A stretch of DNA of 37,515 bases. It comes from Gemmatimonadota bacterium. Lineage in GTDB: Bacteria; Gemmatimonadota; Gemmatimonadetes; Gemmatimonadales; GWC2-71-9. The position numbers were made by a program, and so were the translations under genes. The stretch is taken from NCBI GenBank assembly GCA_036679645.1, contig JAZDCY010000018.1:1-37515 (forward strand). Direction: 5' to 3'. The notes under the pieces are model-generated. The model did not search any database. It had not been told where the DNA came from and worked only from the letters and a program-made list of their open reading frames with translations. Each line of letters starts with the position of its first letter. Position 1 is the stretch's first letter. This document shows, piece after piece, positions 8,834 through 16,387 of this stretch.

Positions 8834-10269
8834 ATGACACGTTCGACGGTCGCGGCGGTGCTGGTATGTATCATGATCGGCGCCGAGGCCGGTGCCCAGA
8901 CCAAGGCCCTGATTGGCGGAACGGTCATCGACGGAACCGGCGGTCCGCCGATCGAACGGGCCGTCGTCTTGATCGACGGGGATCGTTTGACATGCGTCGG
9001 CAGCGTGGCGGCATGTCCCATCCCGGCCGGGGCGGAACGCATCGACGTGTCTGGTCGGTTCGTCACACCGGGGCTCGTCGACGCTCACGTGCACTTCAGC
9101 CAAACGGGGTGGCTCGACGGACGGCCCGACGGCATCTCCGCGCCAAATCTGTACCCATACGAACAGACCGCTAGGGCCGCTCGGGCCAACCCGCAACGTT
9201 GGTTCCGGTCGTACCTGTGCTCCGGCATCACGGCGGTGTTCGACGTCGGCGGACATCCGTGGACCACGGCGTTGCCGGCACAAGCCGAAAACGACCCCGC
9301 CGCTCCGCACGTACGGGCCGCCGGTCCGTTGGTCACGCATGCGTCCGTTCCGGCTCTCAACCTCGACGACGAGATCTACACATTTCTTCCGATGTCGACC
9401 TCGGAAGAGGTGCAGCGCAGCGTCGCTGCCCTGGTCGCGATGGGATCTACGGCGGCAAAAGTGTGGTACCTGGCACCGCGACCGGCGCAGCGCGAACAGC
9501 TCGACGCTCGCGTGATGGAGATCGGCGCGGCGGCGCGCGCTGCGGGGCTCGACTTGATCGTCCACGCCACGAGTCTGCGCGAGGCGAAGGTCGCGCTGCG
9601 AGCGGGGGCGAAGCTCCTCGTACACAGCGTGCAGGACACGCTGGTAGACGGCGAGTTTCTGGAGCTGATGGCGGCTAATGACGCCTTCTACGCACCGACG
9701 CTGGTGGTGGGCGGAAACTGGAGTCGCGCCGTATCGTCGGTCGTCTTGAACGCCCCGCTGAGCATCGACGATCCAAACGGATGCGTGGACCCCAATACGG
9801 TTGAAAAAATCGAGGCGACTGAAGCGCTGCAATCATATCTCCCTGCGCGGATGCGGTCGCCGGAGGTCGTGTATCAACGCATGGAGCGAAGCGGCGAGCG
9901 GGTCTGGGTCATGTCCGAAAACCTGCGTCGCGTCCACGGTGCGGGACTGACGGTTGCGGCGGCGACCGATGCCGGCAATCCGATGACGCTGCACGGACCG
10001 TCGATCTACAACGAGCTGGAGGCCATGCAGAGGACAGGACTCTCCCCTGGCGACGTCATCGTTGCTGCGACGCATAACGGTGCGGAAGCGATGGGACGAT
10101 GGGAAGATTTCGGAACGTTGGAGGCGGGTAAGATCGCCGATCTCATCGTGCTGACGGAGACCCGCTCGAGGATGTCAGGACCTTTCGCAGTCTCGTACAA
10201 GTCATGCGTGCTGGGGTCCTCCGGAGCCAGGAATCGCTGCGATACAGGCAAGCAAGTAATGGAAGGTAG
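8834..10269 (+). CDS. Secreted metal-dependent amidohydrolase family protein, apparent 1-nt frameshift near 10159
   Basis: PGLVDAHVH, VHAT, LVHS, ATDAGN, GTLEAGKIADLIVL; canonical tail DPLEDVRTFRSLVQVMRAG continues in the -1 frame to TAG 10267-10269. Confidence 0.85.
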
Positions 10270-10309
10270 GGGGATACTGAGATTGAGCCGGCGCCCGTGA
10301 CCGACGAGA

Positions 10310-11560
10310 TTACTTCGTCCCGCGCACGCCGAGGCTCCATAACGCGGTCATCGGCAGCGCATGCAGATCGGGACCGAAGGCCAGGCGTTCGTTTCCGGTG
10401 TAGAGCACAACACCGCGGTGGAAGCGTTCTCCACATGCCTCGGCGAGGGCTCGCAGGCCCTGGAAGTCCCGCCCGCCTATTGTCGCTCGGGCCTTGACCT
10501 CGATGCCGACGACGTTACGCGCTTCGTCCTCCAATACCAGATCGACCTCGCGACCCGTGGAGGTGCGGAAATGACAGAGCCGGCAGCGCGTGCGGCTCCA
10601 GCCCGCCTGCTTAAGAAGTTCCATCGCGATGAAGTTCTCCAGCAGCGGCCCGGTCGTCTCGGGGTGATGGTCGGCCGCAGGTCGGGTCCAACCGCGCAGG
10701 TAACTCAGGAGACCGGTATCGGTAAAGAGGAGTTTCGGCGATCGCACGAGCCGTTTGGACGGGTTTTTCGTCCAGGCCGGCAGGCGCACGATTAGGAACG
10801 TGTGCTCCAGCAGCGCCAAGTATCGCTTGAGCGTCGTTTGCGGCATACCGGCGCTACGGGAAAGCTCGGCGAAATTGAGGAGCCCGGTTGAGCGGGCCGC
10901 TAGTAACTCGAGTAGTCGCGGCAGGTCTGCCAGTCCTGCGATGCGCGCGAGGTCTCGCACCTCACGCTGGAGGACGGTCGCGACGTACCCGCGGAACCAT
11001 GCCGTCTGGCGCCGTCCGGTGCGTCCTACGGCCTCCGGGTAACCGCCCGCGCGAGCACGTTGCAGGAGCGCGTTCTTGTTCTCCGCTGTTCCACGCCACG
11101 TGGGCAGGCGTGCGCGAAAGACCGCGTTCACGAAGTCGGCCGATTGCCGGTGGATCTCCCCTTGTGAAAGGGGCCATAGCGTCAGGGTTTCCATCCGGCC
11201 GACCAGCGCTTCCGCGAGCCGCGGCGCGGTGAGCACGCTCGCCGAGCCGGTCAACAGGAACCGGCCCGGCTCGCGGCGCCGGTCGACGACCGCCCGGAGG
11301 CTTGGCATCAGAGCTGGAGCCTGCTGCACCTCATCGAGGATGACCGGCCCCTCGAAGTCGGCAAGAAAGGCAGCGGGATCCGACTGCGCGGCCGCCAGGG
11401 TGGCGGGGTCATCGAGGCTGAGATACCGCGCCCGGAACCCCGACTGCGCGAGCGAGCGCACCAGCGTGGTCTTGCCACTCTGCCGCGGCCCGACCAGCAA
11501 TACAACCGGCGTGTCGGCCAGGGCCTCCAGCAGGACGCGGGTGAGGTGCCGCGGGATCAT
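10310..11560 (-). CDS. AAA+ ATPase with DUF4143/PD-(D/E)xK-like C-terminus (COG1373-type)
   Basis: GPRQSGKTT Walker A, ILDEVQ Walker B, LTGS, GGYPE, DTGL, EVDLV...GIEVK. Confidence 0.9.
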   Translation of the reverse strand: MIPRHLTRVLLEALADTPVVLLVGPRQSGKTTLVRSLAQSGFRARYLSLDDPATLAAAQSDPAAFLADFEGPVILDEVQQAPALMPSLRAVVDRRREPGRFLLTGSASVLTAPRLAEALVGRMETLTLWPLSQGEIHRQSADFVNAVFRARLPTWRGTAENKNALLQRARAGGYPEAVGRTGRRQTAWFRGYVATVLQREVRDLARIAGLADLPRLLELLAARSTGLLNFAELSRSAGMPQTTLKRYLALLEHTFLIVRLPAWTKNPSKRLVRSPKLLFTDTGLLSYLRGWTRPAADHHPETTGPLLENFIAMELLKQAGWSRTRCRLCHFRTSTGREVDLVLEDEARNVVGIEVKARATIGGRDFQGLRALAEACGERFHRGVVLYTGNERLAFGPDLHALPMTALWSLGVRGTK

Positions 11561-11565
11561 GGTGG

Positions 11566-11613
11566 AAAATAACCATTACGTGGCTGTTTTTCAACCACTA
11601 TGTGGTTATTTTA
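11566..11613. promoter_or_regulatory. Tandem palindromic operator-like boxes immediately upstream of the DUF4143 ATPase
   Basis: AAAATAACCA-TTACG-TGGCTGTTTT (11566-11590) and AACCAC-TAT-GTGGTT (11593-11607); AT-rich in a GC-rich context. Confidence 0.45.
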
Positions 11614-11670
11614 CACGCCTTCGCTGGCGTCGTCTTCCAAAGACCTCAGGCAGGCGCGCTCCACGCACGG

Positions 11671-11758
11671 GAGTCCGCCGCTAAAGCGGCGACTCGGCTG
11701 ATGTCACTAAAGTGACGCGCGCTTCCCCCACGTCGCTTTAGCGACACCTGCCGAGTCG
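11671..11758. repeat. REP-like hairpin cluster, copy A
   Basis: CGCCGC-TAAA-GCGGCG, GTCAC-TAAA-GTGAC, GTCGC-TTTA-GCGAC; homologous to 13431-13597. Confidence 0.75.
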
Positions 11759-11852
11759 TGTTTTTGGTCGTGACAAGACCGCGCCTCGGTCACGATGTGC
11801 GCCTATTCGGGATCGGGCTGCCGTGAAGATGTGCTCTTGTTTGGTCGTACGG

Positions 11853-12308
11853 CTAGTTCTCCCTCTCCAGCAGGATGTTCTCTGGCTTGATGTCACGATG
11901 TAGCACGTCGTGGCTGTGTGCATACGAGAGCGCGTCAGCGACCTCGCGAGCGGTCTGCACCGCCTCCTCGACGGGCAGTTGCTTCTCGCGGTCGAGCCTG
12001 TCGCGCAGCGACTCGCCTTCCACGTACGGCATGACGTAGAACAGGAAGCCGTCGGCTTCGCCTGAATCGAGCAGCGGCAGAATATGCGGGTGTGTGAGGC
12101 GGGCGGTGATCTTGATCTCGCGCAGGAGCCGCTCGGGGCCGAGCGCGTGGGCGAGTTCGGGCTTCAACACCTTGAGCGCGACGTGGCGCTCGTGGCGGAT
12201 GTCCTCGGCGAGGTAGACGGTGGCCATGCCGCCGCTGCCCAACTCACGCTGGACGGCGTAGCGGTCCGCGAGGGCGGATTCGAGGCGGTCGAGTTGTTCG
12301 TCGGCCAA
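11853..12308 (-). pseudogene. Truncated Hanks-type Ser/Thr protein kinase (N-lobe to catalytic loop only)
   Basis: LGSGGMATVY, VALKVL, HPHIL, HRDIKPENILL, then a stop four codons later; no DFG/APE downstream. Confidence 0.88.
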
Positions 12309-12621
12309 GGGGTACTCCGGTTGGCGACCGGACTAAGATGGGGCGCGAGGGCCGGGGTGGCCAGTTAGTGGGCGCGGGAACGATTGGCGATCGACGATTT
12401 GCGATTTGCGATTGTGGCCGAGGAGCACGGGCTCCGGGCCCGCGTTCGCGCGTTGAAGGCGCGCGCTCGACGCCTCAACGGCGGCAAAGTGGACCCCAAT
12501 GCGCGTTTCTGGTTGGTAGGTGCCAGGCACCGGATGGTATCCTACGGGGCGGTTCGGGCAGTGGGGTCGTTTGCTTCGCGTTCGCCTCTCTAGGCCTACC
12601 ATGCGTGCCACCGTTTAGGGT

Positions 12622-12705
12622 GCTGGCGTGGCGGAACTGGTAGACGCAACAAGCTGACACCTTGTTGAGCGAAAGCTCGTGCCGGTTCGAATCCGGCCGC
12701 CAGCA
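12622..12705 (+). tRNA. Class II (long variable arm) tRNA with tRNA-Leu-type body and GAC (Val) anticodon
   Basis: Acceptor GCTGGCG/CGCCAGC, D arm GCGGAACTGGTAGACGC, anticodon stem ACAAG/CTTGT with loop CT-GAC-AC, variable arm GAGC-GAAA-GCTC, T arm GCCGG-TTCGAAT-CCGGC, discriminator A; CCA not encoded. Confidence 0.93.
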
Positions 12706-12929
12706 CCCACCGCACGATTGACGGGATGTGGCACTGCGCCGTATCTTAGGATCATCAAGGTGTCAGCTTGCGCAGGTGATTTCCGCTGCGTCAGACAGAG
12801 ACCGGGAGGCTCATGGCCTTCCGGTCTCGTGCGTTCCCTGGCGTCTGTTGCTGTACGTCATTGCTCACCGTCCCCGCGCCAACGCTATACCTCGGTATGG
12901 CCGACTCCGCAAGCACTCGCAGACCCCCC

Positions 12930-12960
12930 TTGTCACGGTATGCTATAAATGGCATATTAT
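12930..12960 (+). promoter_or_regulatory. Putative TA-operon promoter with operator palindrome
   Basis: TTGTCA (-35-like), palindrome TATGCTA-TAAA-TGGCATA (12939-12956), and CATATT/TATTAT -10-like hexamers. Confidence 0.5.
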
Positions 12961-12975
12961 TCAGAGCGTCCTTGA

Positions 12976-13080
12976 TCGGTCGAGTGGGTCGGTGGCGCGC
13001 TCCGCGAGCTGCGCGAGCTGCCTGCCCCGGTGCAGGACGTGATGGGCTACGTGATCTACCTCAAGCAATACGGTGAGGAC
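12976..13080 (+). pseudogene. Relic of a RelE/ParE-superfamily (Gp49/HigB-like) toxin N-terminus
   Basis: SVEWVGGALRELRELPAPVQDVMGYVIYLKQYGE resembles the Gp49-type toxin start; in-frame TGA at 12973; remainder of the toxin absent. Confidence 0.65.
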
Positions 13081-13083
13081 ATC

Positions 13084-13419
13084 ATGAGGCGCAGTCGTGT
13101 TTCCAAAGTCACCGCTTCGAGCGGCAACGTTTTTCGCGACATCGGTTTCGCCGATGCCGACCGGCGTGCCGCCAAGGCCGAACTCGTCCGCACGATTGCG
13201 CACCTGATCGGCCAACGTGGCGCTACGCAGCAGGCCGCCGCCGAGTTGCTGGGGATCGACCAGCCAAAGGTCTCGAACCTGTTACGCGGGCGGCTCGCCG
13301 GGTTCTCGACCGAGCGGCTGTTGGGGTTTCTGACCGCGCTCGGCCGCGACGTGCAGATCGTTGTGCGGGCCACACCGCGCGCCCGTCGCCGCGGTCGCGT
13401 GCGTGTCGTGAGTCGGTAG
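13084..13419 (+). CDS. XRE-family HTH antitoxin (HigA2/HTH_37-like)
   Basis: SSGNVFRDIGF...TQQAAAELLGIDQPKVSNLLRGRLAGFSTERLLGFLTALGRDVQIVV; GAGGA RBS before ATG 13084. Confidence 0.88.
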   Translation: MRRSRVSKVTASSGNVFRDIGFADADRRAAKAELVRTIAHLIGQRGATQQAAAELLGIDQPKVSNLLRGRLAGFSTERLLGFLTALGRDVQIVVRATPRARRRGRVRVVSR

Positions 13420-13430
13420 CCGCTGCGAGT

Positions 13431-13597
13431 TCGCCGCTAAAGCGGCGATTGCCGAGTCATCGCTCGTCTGCGACTCGCGATGCTCGGCCTCGCGCCGCTC
13501 GCAAGCTCGCGGATACGATCGGCTGATGTCACTGAAGTGACCCTTGCTGCCCCCACGCCGCTTTAGCGACATCTGCCGAGCCGCGACTTTAGTCGCG
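13431..13597. repeat. REP-like hairpin cluster, copy B
   Basis: TCGCCGC-TAAA-GCGGCGA, GTCAC-TGAA-GTGAC, GCCGC-TTTA-GCGAC, CGCGAC-TTTA-GTCGCG; shares TCGGCTGATGTCACT.AAGTGAC...CCCCCACG.CGCTTTAGCGACA.CTGCCGAG with copy A. Confidence 0.75.
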
Positions 13598-13623
13598 ATA
13601 AACGACGCGAGATACGGTCACGG

Positions 13624-13760
13624 CTACCGCCCCCGCGCCAACTCCTCGAGCGCCGCCCGCGCGTCGGTCACCATCCACACGTACTCGGGATCGGGCTCGG
13701 TGAACGTCTCCAAGAACGTGAGGTAGTGCTCCTCGGCGCGCCGTGGTCTTGCAGCTGGGG
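13624..13760 (-). pseudogene. 3' relic of a TPR-tailed protein, probably the kinase whose 5' end lies at 16014-16085
   Basis: RAEEHYLTFLETFTEPDPEYVWMVTDARAALEELARGR* has high-GC codon usage and resembles the terminal TPR/capping helices of kinase-TPR proteins. Confidence 0.55.
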
Positions 13761-13847
13761 CTAGGTAGAATGTCGAGGCCCGAGGGAGACAAAAGAGGAA
13801 GCTCTTCGGGTGCGGGTGGAGCCGAACTTGTTGGGGCGAGAATTGGC

Positions 13848-14702
13848 CTATCCGTCGATCTCGCGATACCGTTGCACCCATTGCTTCACTATCGCGGGAA
13901 GTCTCTGAACAACCTCAGCCCCAAACAGAATTTCGTCTACATAACCCATATGCAGCATGTCAATCATACGACACAGATAAGAGCGTCCACATTCCCACCA
14001 CGTGTAGTGGGCATCAACAATGAGTAAGTGCTCAACCCAGATGCCCTCGCTGGAGTGCAACTCCTCCAACTCCATCCCGTCCAACAATGTCTCATAAACG
14101 CCGTCAGCCACACGACTCCCAAACGTTGTCGTGTAGTAATACTCCTTGATTTCCCAAACGGCCTGCGGGTTGACCGGGCTCGGGAATGCCCCGTCAACGC
14201 GTCGGGCAAGTGTACGTACTGGCTCACCATCTTGAGTGACCGTGGTTAATTCTCTTGGGTCGTAGTCTACGGGTATCCCTTCTGCCGAAGCCTCTACTAG
14301 CATGTTGACGATGCAAGTCAAGTATGCGGGGCCCGCTTTGCCACCCTTTTGTTTGTTCTTCGGTAGGGGACAACTCGGAGTGAGTTTTCTCTTGAGGGCT
14401 TTGTACAAGGCTGACGCTTTCGTTACATCCATCAGCCTCGGCTCGACGAAAGTATTCAGGACACGCGCTCGGAACTCAAAGTAGTCATGCAGTAGCTCTG
14501 CGTGGTCGGTCGGTTTTCCACTGGCATCTATCAAGTGCTCCGTGCCAAGTTCCAGCTCGTGCATAGACTGAAGCATGTCTCTTACAGAGTGTATCTTGAC
14601 CTGATGTGTTCGACGTTCAGTATATCCGCGGTGTTGACTGATGGTTCGTACGTTGGCCCAGAATCGCTTGGACAGATTGGAGAAACGAGTTTCAGCGCGC
14701 AT
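13848..14702 (-). CDS. Putative type II restriction endonuclease (PD-(D/E)xK)
   Basis: RVDGAFP...WEIKE catalytic-type motif; translationally coupled (TAATG) to a controller gene and divergent from an adenine MTase; visibly lower GC. Confidence 0.75.
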   Translation of the reverse strand: MRAETRFSNLSKRFWANVRTISQHRGYTERRTHQVKIHSVRDMLQSMHELELGTEHLIDASGKPTDHAELLHDYFEFRARVLNTFVEPRLMDVTKASALYKALKRKLTPSCPLPKNKQKGGKAGPAYLTCIVNMLVEASAEGIPVDYDPRELTTVTQDGEPVRTLARRVDGAFPSPVNPQAVWEIKEYYYTTTFGSRVADGVYETLLDGMELEELHSSEGIWVEHLLIVDAHYTWWECGRSYLCRMIDMLHMGYVDEILFGAEVVQRLPAIVKQWVQRYREIDG

Positions 14703-14953
14703 TACTGACCCTCTTGAATTCTTCGCTCGAAGTGAGCAAGGAAATCTGGTAGGCTCACACCAAGAGCCTCACAGACCGATCGCAGTTCCGCCATATCAAG
14801 ACGGCGGTCCCCAGATTCATACTTGCTCACAAACGACTGTGGCAAACCCAGCCGGTCTGCCATGTCTTGCTGTCTTAGATCCGCAGCTTCTCGGTACTCC
14901 CGAAGCATGGTGTTCAGCAATAACCTTTGCACCTGAAGTGTTTTTCTATTCAC
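14702..14953 (-). CDS. XRE HTH protein, probable R-M controller (C) protein
   Basis: LREYREAADLRQQDMADRLGLPQSFVSKYESGDRRLDMAEL; GTG 14953 chosen; directly upstream of the REase. Confidence 0.85.
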   Translation of the reverse strand: MNRKTLQVQRLLLNTMLREYREAADLRQQDMADRLGLPQSFVSKYESGDRRLDMAELRSVCEALGVSLPDFLAHFERRIQEGQ

Positions 14954-15037
14954 GTGCGGCAAGATCTGGTCTAACGCTTGAGCGATTTCGGTGACGTAGA
15001 TTCGGAAAAGGCTGATAACGTTAGGGGTAGGAGTTCG

Positions 15038-15065
15038 TTGACAATATCCCAAAATGGGATATCTT
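15038..15065 (+). promoter_or_regulatory. MTase promoter with operator palindrome between -35 and -10
   Basis: TTGACA (15038-43), 16-nt spacer, TATCTT (15060-65); perfect inverted repeat ATATCCCA-AAA-TGGGATAT (15044-15062). Confidence 0.65.
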
Positions 15066-15114
15066 TCGCTTTGGAGGTAGTCTGACAACCCGACCACCAA
15101 GTCCTCGAGCCTCA

Positions 15115-16008
15115 ATGCAACTTGCACTTCTAGACCTCGAAGGCAACCAGCGCGCAAACGGGCGTCTCTTGAAGCCCTTCAAGACACAATTGTTGAAGTG
15201 GGTAGGCAACAAACAGCGGTTTGCCCACGAAATCGTTTCCTTTTTCCCAGAGAAATCTACTACCTATTACGAACCCTTCCTGGGCAGCGGGGCCGTACTG
15301 GGAACTCTCGCTCCGAGGCAAGCCATTGCTGGAGACGCCCTCGAACCGCTGGTTGAGATTTGGAAGACGCTCGCCGACTGCCCGGAACAACTGAAGGAAT
15401 GGTACGCGGAACGGTGGCGGATGTTGATGTCCGCCGGCAAGGTGGAGGGATATCAGCGAATAAAGGCTGCCTACAACGCCAGCCCCAACGCCGCGGATTT
15501 GCTTTTCATTTCCCGGTCATGCTACGGGGGGGTGGTGCGATTTCGGCAAGCCGACGGTTACATAAGCACCCCGTGCGGTGCCCACAAGCCGGTACCCCCG
15601 GATTCTTTCGCCAAGCGAGTCGATATCTGGCACCAGAGAACGAAGGGTACGAGGTTTCTACATGCCGATTTTCAGCAGCTGATGGACATCGCGGAGCCCG
15701 GGTCGATCGTCTATTGTGACCCGCCATACACTCACACCCAGGCGATTCTGTACGGCGCTCAGAGGTTCTCGTTGCCACGATTGTTCGAGACAATATCCGA
15801 CTGCAAGGAGCGTGGAGTACGTGTCGTCTTGAGTATAGACGGTTCAAAGAAATCCGGTGCCCTGCTTTGCGACGTAGCAGTTCCTCCGGGGTTGTTCGAA
15901 CGTGAGGTAATGGTGCACTGTGGACGTTCGATGCTCCGGCGATTCCAGCGAAGTGGGGAAACGTTGGAGGACGAGGTCGTGAAAGACCGGCTACTACTCA
16001 CCTATTGA
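15115..16008 (+). CDS. DNA adenine methyltransferase, Dam/D12 (alpha) class
   Basis: LKWVGNK, YYEPFLGSGAV (motif I), YCDPPY (motif IV). Confidence 0.92.
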   Translation: MQLALLDLEGNQRANGRLLKPFKTQLLKWVGNKQRFAHEIVSFFPEKSTTYYEPFLGSGAVLGTLAPRQAIAGDALEPLVEIWKTLADCPEQLKEWYAERWRMLMSAGKVEGYQRIKAAYNASPNAADLLFISRSCYGGVVRFRQADGYISTPCGAHKPVPPDSFAKRVDIWHQRTKGTRFLHADFQQLMDIAEPGSIVYCDPPYTHTQAILYGAQRFSLPRLFETISDCKERGVRVVLSIDGSKKSGALLCDVAVPPGLFEREVMVHCGRSMLRRFQRSGETLEDEVVKDRLLLTY

Positions 16009-16013
16009 CGCTC

Positions 16014-16085
16014 ACCCAGCTCGCGACGGACGGCGTAGCGGTCCGCGAGGGCGGCTTTCAGGCAGTCGAGCTGTTCGTCGGCCAA
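16014..16085 (-). pseudogene. 5' relic (24 codons) of a second Ser/Thr kinase gene
   Basis: TTG-ADEQLDCLKAALADRYAVRRELG; 16028-16119 matches 12251-12342 at 85/92 nt by hand; homology ends at the Gly-rich loop, next to the MTase stop. Confidence 0.85.
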
Positions 16086-16154
16086 GGGGTAGTCCGGTTG
16101 GCGACGGGACTAAGATGGGGCGTGTAGGGCGGGAGGGCCAGCTACGGGACCTGG

Positions 16155-16320
16155 ACGATTTGCGATTGCCGATTGGCGATTGGCGATTGAGTCTAAAGGG
16201 TGGGTTTATCGCCGAGAGGTCTTGGCCGTGTTCGAGGAGACGGTCTTGTAGCCGTTGAGGACTGAATCCGGAAGACATGGCGGCTCCCTCAGCAATCGCA
16301 AATCTGCAATCGCCGATCGT
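16155..16320. repeat. Inverted arrays of GCGATT(G/T) heptamer repeats flanking a tiny gene relic; the same heptamers occur at 12381-12415
   Basis: GATTTGCGATTGCCGATTGGCGATTGGCGATTG at about 16158-16190 and CAATCGCAAATCTGCAATCGCCGATCG at about 16293-16319. Confidence 0.7.
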
Positions 16321-16387
16321 TCTACCGCCACGTATGCTCAAAATCACGCACCGGGCACATCACCCGCCCGCTGCGCAAAGCAAACAA

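Noticed and set aside
12622..12705. tRNA-Sec, tmRNA or an 8/4-9/3 allo-tRNA fold
   Set aside because: It folds as a standard 7/5 cloverleaf with a 7-nt anticodon loop, has no UCA anticodon and no tag-reading region.
11671..13597. CRISPR array or integron attC sites from the hairpin repeats
   Set aside because: No regularly spaced identical repeats with unique spacers, no cas or integrase gene, and no clear RYYYAAC/GTTRRRY ends.
14954..15157. N-terminal extension of the controller ORF to 15157
   Set aside because: It runs through the promoter/operator region and overlaps the divergent MTase; the HTH protein starts plausibly at GTG 14953.
12706..16387. Prophage or integrative element with att sites at the tRNAs
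   Set aside because: No integrase, phage genes or duplicated tRNA 3' end found; the Bor-like gene at 8 kb has no phage context.
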